NCBI RefSeq assembly: GCF_009914755.1
Contig: NC_060942.1
Reading direction: 5' to 3' (one strand)
Source: the human T2T-CHM13v2.0 reference genome, Homo sapiens
Length of the DNA: 64,000 nucleotides
The notes beneath the pieces were generated by a model. The model searched no databases, was not told where the DNA came from, and saw only the letters and a list, made by a program, of their open reading frames with translations. The first letter of the stretch is position 1, and each line of letters begins with the position of its first letter. This document shows positions 51,322 through 64,000 of this stretch, one piece after another. Both the position numbers and the translations under genes were made by a program.

Positions 51322-51856
51322 GATGGATTATTATTATTCTCAACTGTCCTTCCAGTTTTGCCTAAGAAGCAAGTAGAAGTGGTCTCCACTACAGCAGCTA
51401 TAGTAGATATGAAGGGAGGAACAGGGCTTATGAAAGCAAGATAGATTATAGATTCTTGAGAAGCAAGATGAAAAGAGGCATTGTAAAAGTTAGCTCTGAT
51501 AGAGACACTGTGTGTCCCTCCAGATCTACTCTCTACCTTTCTTCCCTCTGCTCTCAGCCCTAGGAACCTGCCTACATGGACTGCATCAATAGGATCCTCT
51601 GTTCGAGCTTCTTGAAGAGATTGGAGGGTAGAAGAAAATGAGATCCAGTTAGTAATTCCCTTAGCTCCCTTCCTGCTGTGTTGCCACAGGTTGTCTGTGT
51701 CTCCACCAAAGGCCACAGCTCTTGTCATACCATTATCCTCTTTGAGTTCCTGCAAACACTGTCTTCTATTGTCTCTTTAGACATAGAAGTAGAAATCACT
51801 CCTGGGTGTTGGCAGCACCAGGATACCAACAGAGAAACTCCGGGTCAGTCACCTAG

Positions 51857-52334
51857 TGTAAGGAAAATGGATGTGATTTGGTCAAGAATAGGCCAAGGTA
51901 AACATCCTGTGTGACTCATTGAGTTTGGAGCACAGACACATAACTCCACTTGTTATATAATCACAGCTATGTAGCTATAACATGGGAAGGCTCATCGCCT
52001 GGTTTGGAGGCACTATTGTTTGTAAAAGGTATAACTGCCCTGCTGACACTGTACATACAGCACGGCATGGCTCGACTCATGCCCAGAGAGAATTAAGCTG
52101 CTGACCCTGTAAGGGAGAGCTGGCCTTGCAGACCAGGGAATGCAGCTGCAGGCGTGGGAGTGGCAGAGCCGGAGCAGGCAGCCGAGACAAAGACACACAG
52201 TGTAAGAGAGCTGCTGAGTAAAACCATCTTTCACCGGCCTATGGCCTCCCAAGTGTTCTTTCAGCTACCTGCCACCCATCAACCTACTCCCTTCAGACCT
52301 CAGCATGGGCTGGAACCAGACACTGGGCATGACA
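51857..52334 (+). mobile_element. Solo LTR, LTR18-like (ERVL)
   Basis: TG...CA termini (TGTAAGGAAAATGG ... GGCATGACA), TATA-like GGTATAA, AGTAAA polyA-like signal; family assignment from memory. Confidence 0.65.
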
Positions 52335-52661
52335 GCCTGTTGATGCTACCTAGACCTGACTAGACAAGACAGTACTGAATTGGATAGTTCACATAAAGAG
52401 CAGAAACACTTGCCACTGTAATCCCAAGGCAGGCACCCATAGGAAACAGAGGTACCTGGAAGCCATAATTCCTAAATGGACTTCCCAGGCTTATAGCATG
52501 AACTATCTCCAGCCACCTAGCACTAGCCTAACTGGTAAGCCCAGATACCACCAGCTAATGGGCAACATCCAGAAACTTCACTCTCCTAATACCAATAAGG
52601 ATCCTTTGGTTTAAAAAGAACCACCCTTCCCACCCAGAGCATAGTTGTGTGATGAATCTAG

Positions 52662-53048
<387 letters not shown>

Positions 53049-53729
53049 CACCATTGCTTTTTTGATTTTCCTAAACTCTATCTACACGTTTGTTAATACC
53101 CTCCTTACCAAATTATCCTCGATTACCCATTTTGAATGTGCTTTTTCCTTTTGTGACTCTGCCTGATATAAAAATTTAAGAATTGTTTAACACCAGGGAA
53201 ATTGGAGGTTAGAGGATTAACATACAGGCTAGAGATAAATATATGAGAGTTTGCAGCATAGCGGTCATAGATGATACCACTAAAGTAGATCATAAGGAAG
53301 TATACAGAAAAGCAAAGAGTTACAACAGAAATTTAAAGACAAATACAAATAGGGAGTAAAATGAGAAAAGTTAAGAGAAGCAGAGAATCAGGAGGACTAT
53401 CACAAAAGTAAAGTGTCAAAGACCAAAAGGATGAAGGATGTCAAAGACCAAAAGATGTGAAATGCCTTTGAATGTAGCAAGGGAGTCATTGGTTTTTATC
53501 TGAACAACCCGCACAGTTCAGTGAATTAAGATTGGAATCAGCTCACTGACAACCACAACAAATTCTTCAGGACCTCCCGTATGGCAGGCACTGTGCCATA
53601 GCCTCAGAAGTTAAACATGATTATTACATGTTCCTGTCCTTTGGAGTATACACTTTTGTGATAGCTCCATGTCCAGGGGTACGGGCTAAAATGGAAGGCA
53701 CAGACATGTGATCAACCCATAGTTGTTTC

Positions 53730-53862
53730 ATATATATATATGTGTGTGTGTATATATATATATATATGTATATATGTGTATGTATATATGTATATATGTG
53801 TGTATATATGTATGTATGTGTGTATATATATGTGTGTATATATACTCACTATGTGTATATAT
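53730..53862. repeat. Compound (TA)n/(TG)n microsatellite
   Basis: Alternating purine-pyrimidine tract of about 130 bp. Confidence 0.95.
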
Positions 53863-53871
53863 GATTGAATG

Positions 53872-55558
<1,687 letters not shown>

Positions 55559-56016
55559 TATTTTCCCAGGTGTCCCTAGGTGGCGCAATATATTTTTAGT
55601 CAAAAGGATCTCATTTCCCCTTTGATAGCAAGTGTCTCTTTAGATGCCATCAAGTCTCCAGATGTACCATTTATCGCGCTAATATTATATTCTTTAGTTT
55701 TGGACACTAGGCTATGCCTTGGAGGAGAGGGTTTCCTTGGAAGCTGTAGAGTGTTCCACACTGTCACATACATGCTGCAATCTCCTGCAGCATACTAAAG
55801 AAACTCACTGGCAATTCTCAGAGTCAGTTCGGGTGTTTGCCAAATATGTAAAATAGTTTTTTATTCTTAAATTTATATCTGATGTCATTAAACTGCTTAG
55901 AGTTTCTATTAAGAAGACCAGATATTTAGAAAAATATTTCTAACACCTCAGCCTCTGTAATAAAAACTGCATTTTAAATTTTATTTTAATTTTTTAAAAG
56001 AGTATGTTAAGGGTTT

Positions 56017-56395
56017 TGTCTTGGTTCAGGCTACTCTAACAGAGTACCATGGAGTTGGTGGCTTAAACAAACATTTATTTCTCACAGTTCTGGGGGCTGA
56101 GAAATCCAAGATCAAGGTGCTGGCCCAAATCCAGTGTCTAATGAGGGTTCTCTTGCCAGTTTAAAAGGGCTGTCTTTTTGATGTATCCTCATACAGTGGG
56201 GAAGAAGTGGGTGAGAGAGAGAAAGAGAGGAGAGGAAAAGGGCAGGCAGGAGAACAAGTATTCTGTCTTGTCTCTTCTTTCATAAGGGCTCTACTCTCAT
56301 GACCTAGTTACCTCCCAAAGGTCCCCATCTCCAAATCCATCACACTGGGGTTTCAATATATGAATATTGGGGAAATGAACATTTAGTCTCTAGCA
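56017..56395 (-). mobile_element. MLT1-like MaLR LTR
   Basis: GGTGGCTTAAACAAACATTTATTTCTCACAGTTCTGG...TCAATATATGAATATTGGGG. Confidence 0.78.
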
Positions 56396-56550
56396 TTATT
56401 AGAGTTAACTCTTTGGAACTGAGAAACTACACAAAACTTACAATCTGTGTTTTCATTTAATCACTAGCTATAAAAGAGCTCTTTTTGCTTGTGGTATTGT
56501 AGATATTGTCTAGCTAGGAAAGACAAACAAGGAAGGAAATGATAAAATTC

Positions 56551-56854
56551 TTTTTTTTTTTTTTTTTTTTTTTTCTGAGACAGGCTCATGCTGTTGTTCA
56601 GGCTGGAGTGCAGCGGCGTGATCTTGACTCACTGCAACCACTGGCTTCTGGGTTCAAGCGACAATCCTACCTCAGCTTCTCAAGTACTTGGGATTATAGG
56701 TGCATGTCACCACACCTGGCTAATTTTTGCATTTTTAGTAGGAATGGGGTTTCACCATATTGGTCAGGCTGGTCTCAAACTCCTGACCTCAAGTGATCCA
56801 TCCACCTCGGCCTCCAAAAATGCTGGGATTACAGAGATGAGCCACTATGTCCAG
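56551..56854 (-). mobile_element. Alu
   Basis: Full dimer, TSD about TGATAAAA(T/C)TCTT. Confidence 0.9.
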
Positions 56855-57827
56855 CTGATAAAACTCTTAACAGAAGCTTCACTTTATTCAAAGCCCTCTC
56901 TCAGGCATGCCCTTGAGCAAACACACACGTAACACATACACACGCTCATCATTCAGTCCATTCTTAAGTAGCAGATATCTGAATATCTGAGTACATCTGA
57001 GGGCCAGATACTGAAGAAATCCAATAAAAGTCAAATGTATGTTAGTGGTTTCTGTACAATAAGGAAGTGGCTTTTCACACAATGTTAAAAACAATATTTC
57101 CCATCAAAATTCAGAACATTAGTATTACAAGGTCAGTAGGAGGATCAGCCCCACGGCAACTGGTGGAAAGCACCAGGTACATCACTCCTCACAGTAGTGG
57201 GTCTGCCTGTCTCCCTGCCTCCCTGCCAGACTGAGTAACTTGACCACAAGAACCAAGTCTCTGCATTTTCTGTATGTGTAGCTCAGCATAGTGCCTAAAA
57301 CCACTGGATGGTGAATAAGTGATGTTTTTCACCTTGATGAATTAGAATTAGAAGTAAAAGAATGTACTATTTCATGAAGATGGAAGTAAAGTTAAGGTAG
57401 CTATTGCCACTGTCTTCCTTACCTCAGATTATCATGGAGCAAATGCTAGGCATCTGACAATTTCATCCATAAATATTTCAGCCTGCACATCTGGAAGATG
57501 AGGAATCCTCTAAAGACATAACCGAAATATCATTATTACATTCTAATATGTTAACAAGGCTTCTTTAATATCATTAAATATCCACTCGGTTAAAATTTCC
57601 CATTTTTCTCCTAATTTATTTTATAGCTTACTTGAATCAATATCAAAATAAGACACATGCATTGCATGGGTTGATAAGTCTGATGTCTCTCTTTTATTAA
57701 AAATCAGTAAAAATCAGTTTAATCTTTGTTTCTTTTTTTCCAACTTTTTATACGGAAAAAAAAAAAAACCGAGGGAAAAGTTGCAAAAGTACAATGACAG
57801 CTCCTGATTGTCAATTGTTAAAAATGG

Positions 57828-58560
57828 TGTCATGGTGCAGGCTGGGTTCTCTGGGAAGCTGATGCTGAGATGGAGTGAGGAGTCCAAAAGGTTTATTTCT
57901 CTCACATCTGTGAGAGGAAAAGGGAGGAAGCAGGATTGGGCCGAGGAAGGGAAAAAGCAGATCTGACAAAGTCTCTACTAACCCAAGAGGAAGCTCTAGT
58001 ACAAAGATTGCCTGTTAAAAGAGTCCCCCATGGGAGCAGAAATTCCTATGCCTTGATACCACCCCCTAGAACAGGGGCCTCCCCAAGAAGAGTGTGCCCT
58101 GGACTTTCCTCACCCTGCTCAGTCATTCATCAGAGGCTGCCTCAAGATTAGTGTGATCTCAGCTGGAAAGCCCAGGTGACCCTGAAGAAGCTAACAGCAA
58201 GAGTGTGAGCAAACCACTCTCCTTGCAGCTAGGAAGTGGTTCTTTCTTGAAGGGGAATCTGGGTGGTGCTTCATGTGTCTCCCATAGTCCACTATTTACA
58301 CAAAAATGAGTTCCCTTCTCTACACAGGTTTGGGGAGCAACTCCTCCAGGTTTCTGGTCACCCTCTCTTCCTTATGGGAAACCTAGAAGAGGGAGGTTAG
58401 TAGACGATCTACAGCCCTGTTGCTGCAGTTGGTGACCAGGGCTACCACTAGTACTTATCAGCTCCTCCTTCATTATCTATTCTAATTTTCCCTTGCTAGT
58501 CTTGCTGGTTTGGTGAGGGGGGCTGTGAAACCCTCATTTGTGAGGAGGCTTAACACCCTA
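57828..58560 (-). mobile_element. LTR16-like ERVL LTR plus adjacent internal remnant
   Basis: GGCTGGGTTCTCTGGGAAGCTGATGCTGAGATGGAG...GGTTTATT start typical of antisense LTR16. Confidence 0.55.
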
Positions 58561-59138
58561 AACCTTATCACCTTCACTCCTTCCTAAAAGGCCTGAGTAT
58601 GGAGTAACTAGAGATGTTTCTAGAAAAAGACATTTTGTTACTTGGAAAGAAATGGTTTGAATCATGGAAGTCATGAGACAGGAAAAAAAGAGAAGTATCA
58701 ACACTTGACTTTTATGTCATGTGAGAAAGTGCAAAAGGAATCTCTTAATTGCACAAAACAGTTTTAATTACACAAAAATCATGCAAAAAACCCTTATTAA
58801 GCCTCTTTGCCATTTGGTATTAAAATAAAGCCATCGACCATGATAGGACTTTTCTGGGAGAGGGTCCAGGAAGGAAAGGGGAGTATTAGCTGAGTACTAG
58901 GCACCATGGGGAATACCAAACTACGACTGAAAACCTCGATGAGAAAAAAATAACAGCATGCATGAAGTGATCCGAAAATAACAGTAGCAATAAAGTCACT
59001 GTTAGGCCACTGGGCTATCTCCCTCTTTTGAAATTTGTAAAATGGAAGAACAAGCCTCCTTGCCTTTTGCAGAGCTAACCTGGAGCTTAAGAAGTCCAGA
59101 AGGTACTGGTGTGCTGTAGGGTAATTTGCTACTAAATT

Positions 59139-59219
59139 CTCAAACCCCCAACCTTGCGATCTGCCTGCCTCGGCCTCCTAAAGTGCTGGGATTACAGGCG
59201 TGAGCCACTGTGCCCAGCC
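59139..59219 (-). mobile_element. Tailless 81-bp Alu 5' fragment between 12-bp direct repeats
   Basis: TGCTACTAAATT at 59127-59138 and 59220-59231. Confidence 0.85.
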
Positions 59220-59272
59220 TGCTACTAAATTTTAAGGACAGAGTAGTACTTAAGTTTTAAAAATGCCACTAA

Positions 59273-59613
<341 letters not shown>

Positions 59614-59744
59614 TCATTTATGATTCTTTTGCAGTGATAACCATACATTTTTGGTTACAACAACAATGACGACATCTCACTTGTCTCCTTGCTTCCCTGT
59701 ATTTCCCACCTGATTTACATGGCACATTGCTGCCAAATTAATAT

Positions 59745-60380
59745 TTGTGGCTGGCCCATCTTAAGTGACCCCGATAAGTCACACTCTTGTATAATCCTTT
59801 CTCCTTGAGTACAGATAAAACCCGTGACTTACTTTAACCAATAATACATGGCAAAGGTGATGGCTGTCACTCCCTAATTTAGGTTATCATCTACATCCAT
59901 TTCCATACCTATGTCCATGTCCATATCCATGGCTGTATCTATATCTGTGTGACTCCTTTCTTGTGCTCAGTAGAGAGATTCTCCTTGCTAGCTTTGAAGG
60001 AGTATGCTGCCATGTTGCGAGAGAGCCTTTAGTAAGGCCCATGTGGTAAGGAACTGTGGGTGGCTGCTAGGACCTGATGGCCACTTCCAGTTCAGAGCCA
60101 GTAAGAAGCCAGGGCCCCTAGTCAGACAGCCACAAGGAACTGAATGAGCTGACAGGAGTTTGGAATCAGATTCTTCCCTAGTTGAGCCTCCAGATGAGAA
60201 TTGCAGTTTGGCTGACATCCACTTGTAGCCTTGTGAGAGCATGAGCACAGGACTCAGCTAACCTGTTCCTGACCTCCTTGCCCATGGAATGTGAGGCAAT
60301 ACATATGTGTTGCTTTAAGCCACTAAGACACTAAGACTGTGATAATTTGTTGTAAAGCAATTTTAAAAACCTGAATACCA
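59745..60380 (+). mobile_element. MLT1 (F/G/H-like) MaLR LTR
   Basis: CAGCCACAAGGAACTGAAT, GTTGAGCCTCCAGATGAGAA, TGTGTTGCTTTAAGCCACTAAG. Confidence 0.8.
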
Positions 60381-61129
60381 TGTGGTTAGGAAAAGTGCTA
60401 CACTATTTATTAGTCAAAAGTCTTCAATTACTTTTCATTGTCTTTGGAATAAAGACCAAAAAGCTTATATGGCCACTAAAAGCCTCTTGTTATCTACATT
60501 ATTCTATTTTTCCATGTTACTTTTTTATTACCTGGTCTAGGCCGAATGTGATGAAGTCTCTATCAACCCACAAGAGAGCTCCAGGGCATAGACTGCCTGT
60601 TAAAGGAGCCGCTCACGGAGCAGAAACAGCTAAGCCCTGATACCACATTTTCCCACTTCACCTACTTCACGTCCCTTGTATTTCTTCCAAATTTAACTTT
60701 CTATTTATTGCATATATTCATGTTTTACATTTCAATGCTGGTGACAAAGTTGTTTTCCTTTCCCAATTATTATTCCAAATCTGACCAATTTTTCTAGACT
60801 TCCATATGACCTAATGTGATTATCCTTCCTTACCCCAACCTAGAAATAATTCATCTCTTTTCTTCCTTGCTCCTTATTTGGCATTTCTCATCCTGCACTA
60901 TACTATAGCTTATCTATCTTGGGGGACATTTGTCATTCTTTTTAGCTTTCCAGCATCCAACATACTTTCCAGTGTTTAGGGAATTCCCTACCTCTTGCAT
61001 CTCAGTGGGAAGCAGTGTGATGGGGTCAGAAGTGTAAACTTGCGCAACATCCTGCTCCCAAGAAAGACGTACACTTGCTACTTCATCCTTCGCTCCATCT
61101 TGGTCCTCCCAACTGGAGAGAGGACAGCC

Positions 61130-61780
61130 TAGACGAGACTTCCCACAACCAAGATGGCGGCCGTGCACTCCTTGCCCACAGCTGGCCTTTTCTCCACTTT
61201 CGGTCTCCATCGTAACGCGGCTGGCTCTCTCGGCGCCGGCTTAGGCTTTGCATGTAGGGAAATGGTGAGTCTTTCCCGCCCCCTCATTTTTGCGACAGTT
61301 GCAGCGAAAGTCACGGCAGTTGGGGCTGGTGTCAGCTGATTTACTGCAGTGGCGGCGGCGGCGGCACCGGCACCTTGCAGTATCACTGGGGAGACGGCGG
61401 CTGTATAGCGCTTGCCGCCCCACGGATTATCCCAGCAGGATCTACGCACCCCGCATCCTCCGTAGTTCCGCCCTATCCTTGTCCTCCTTGGCTGGGGCGC
61501 CCACCGGCGGTCTGATAGGCTACATCGCGGCATGAGATGAAGCTGTGACAGGTAAGGGGGCTTTCAAGCTTCTCCATGGGAAACCACAGGGCGGGATGTT
61601 CCTGCACCGTGGAGGTCAGGGGTCAGGGGTCAAAGGTCACAAACCCGCTCTAGCCGGGGGCGGTGCTAGCTGTCAGATCGCTGCGGCTGCAAGCCTGCAG
61701 GTCGGGCCCAAAAGTAGGCGCCGTTACCAAGAGCGTGGGGGCCAGCCGGGGGTCTTTGTGGCTCCCTTGCCTGGTGAGTG
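61130..61780 (+). promoter_or_regulatory. Second CpG-island promoter (WDR7 5' end)
   Basis: CpG-rich; YY1 consensus CAAGATGGCGGC 61150-61161, E2F-type TTTCCCGC 61272-61279, (GGC)5 61351-61365, several plus-strand 5' splice donors. Confidence 0.88.
61320..61551 (+). other. WDR7: Non-coding first exon of WDR7 (rabconnectin-3 beta); 5' boundary approximate
   Basis: Consensus donor CAG|GTAAGG after 61551 within the CpG island. Gene identity comes from the known head-to-head order TXNL1-WDR7 on human chr18, not from coding sequence. Confidence 0.75.
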
Positions 61781-63128
61781 ATATTTGCTACTTGTGACAG
61801 TTGCTTTGGTCTTGAGGTGGGACTGCCTGGCTCCCAGGTGCAATCTAAACGGGATCAGGTGATTGGTGATGATCGTTGGTGGTTATTGACAGCAATTTTG
61901 GGCGATGTGCTTGCTTTTGGGGTTCATATAGTCTTTCCTTTCCTGTTGGTACTATTTTTGCCCATGCCCAAGGTACTGACACCACTGTTAGAATTTCATT
62001 TTTGAGATGCCATCTGCCAGTTCTTATCCCTTTGCCCTAGTACTTGTCTGAGCGGATGCCAGTCACTCCCATTCACTTAGTGATGGGTCCCAGCGTTCTG
62101 AAGCTATGTTTGAAGTCAGCACTACCCTAACTTTGATTCAAAAATTGCTGTTTTATGTTTTTTACCCACTTAGTATGTCACTTTTTGAGGCAGAATTTGC
62201 TGGGTTAGATAGTCTGAAACTAGGGAACCTACCGTCGCATGACAGGCTGCATTGATACTGTTGATGCTGCTGAATTTAGGGTTCGGTCAGTGGCAGCTAT
62301 AGCTTCCTCTCACTGTAATATTTGCCATGAGACAAAAAAAGGCAAACTGACTCTTTCAGGTGTTTATGTCTTAGGATTTTATGGGCAAGGTTGCAGGAAT
62401 TGCCTGTTGTATGAAAGAAATTAACTGAGTTTTTGACATTTTGTAAAACAAAAATTTTAGTTTGACTCTGCTTCTTGCTTTATAAACAAACTCGTGGCTG
62501 TATGAAGGTCAGCTTAAAAGTGAACATAATGTGTTGAAATGCCCTCATTATTACAAAGAATAAAAAACTGTCTAGTTCCATCCAGAACAATACATATTAG
62601 TTATTATAAATTGGGAAAACGAACCACTATAAATATAATTAATGCTTTATTATTAATGTCAATTAGGGATTATGGTAGAAAATTCATTTATTTTACTGCC
62701 AATCCTTATTTTAAGAGTGTTTCAGAGAAATACTTTAAGAGAAAAATGAGAGTATGCCCTTTATTTTTTCTTATTGCCACCTGTAACTAAATTTTAAAAG
62801 ATCTCGGTGACTGGGTGAATCAAAGGGACTGGGCTTGGCTTGGTTTGAATATCCCTGTAAGAATTTAACTTAAATTTTAGGGGTAGTGACCCTTGTATCT
62901 TACAGTTTCCTTTTATCTTTGATATATGTTCCGTTTTGAAGTTAAAGGAAGTTGGGTGGTTTCTCCATGTAACACACTTAGCATCGAAAATCTTCAAAGT
63001 AGTGAGCTTGTTTTGTGTTTTCTTCGTGAGAGGGGTAGGATGACATTTAGCTTTAGTGGTGTGATGTTTATTAGATGTATGAGTCCTTAAAGTTCATTTT
63101 GGACCTCAGGTGCAGAGGATGGAGTTAA

Positions 63129-63584
<456 letters not shown>

Positions 63585-64000
63585 TAAATGTATATTGTTC
63601 TGGGTGCCCACATTTTTAATTTATAGAGATGATATCGTGCAGTTTTTTTGTCTCACTATTATGTTTTGAAGATCTATTGCATTGCTGTTCTTTGCTTCCA
63701 AGTGCTGCACAATATTTCAGAATGTACATCTACTACAGTTTATCTGTCTGCTCTCCTATTTGTAGATACCCATGTTATTTTCATTTTCCTACCTCTACAG
63801 ATAATACTATGATAAGCATACATTTTAGACCTCTGTGATACTTTCAGTGAGTTATAGATCCATATGTGATTCTGGATCATTTGGTTTTCATATATTTTAT
63901 TGAAGCACCACCAGATGATGTTTAGAACAAGCAGCAATAGTCTATACACCTGCAGGAAGCTCGTGAGGGTTCCTTTATCTTTGTTTCCCCACAAATGCTT

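Noticed and set aside
53413-53454. 16-bp direct repeat TGTCAAAGACCAAAAG
   Set aside because: Small local duplication with no further structure.
60914-61781. ORFs on both strands of the WDR7 island
   Set aside because: GC-rich chance ORFs with no domain similarity; only the 61154 ATG is retained as a hypothesis.

Overview
Human (or very closely related primate) genomic DNA, AT-rich and dense in Alu and L1 elements. I recognise it as the TXNL1/WDR7 locus on human 18q21. The complete TXNL1 gene lies on the minus strand: 8 coding exons, all introns GT-AG, 870 nt, 289 aa, with an N-terminal thioredoxin domain (CGPC) and a C-terminal PITH domain ending GESH. It runs from the ATG at 48412 to the TAA at 12989, with a CpG-island promoter at about 48.1-48.9 kb. 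A second CpG island at about 61.1-61.8 kb carries a non-coding plus-strand first exon, assigned to WDR7 by locus recognition only; no WDR7 coding sequence is in the window. Almost all ORFs in the supplied track are Alu/L1 or chance ORFs. Most notable observations: (1) a candidate 47-nt cassette exon in TXNL1 intron 7 that would replace the C-terminal tail with YVTDFLCH*, again ending in His; (2) four consecutive DR1-spaced RGGTCA nuclear-receptor half-sites at the WDR7 5' end; (3) a 69-bp, 96%-identical inverted repeat bracketing 1.55 kb; (4) a 6 x 68-bp minisatellite downstream of the TXNL1 stop; (5) an ARE core and an internal splice acceptor in the TXNL1 5' region; (6) nested transposon stacks. 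There is no CRISPR array or prokaryotic system. Repeat family names and boundaries were assigned by eye and are approximate.
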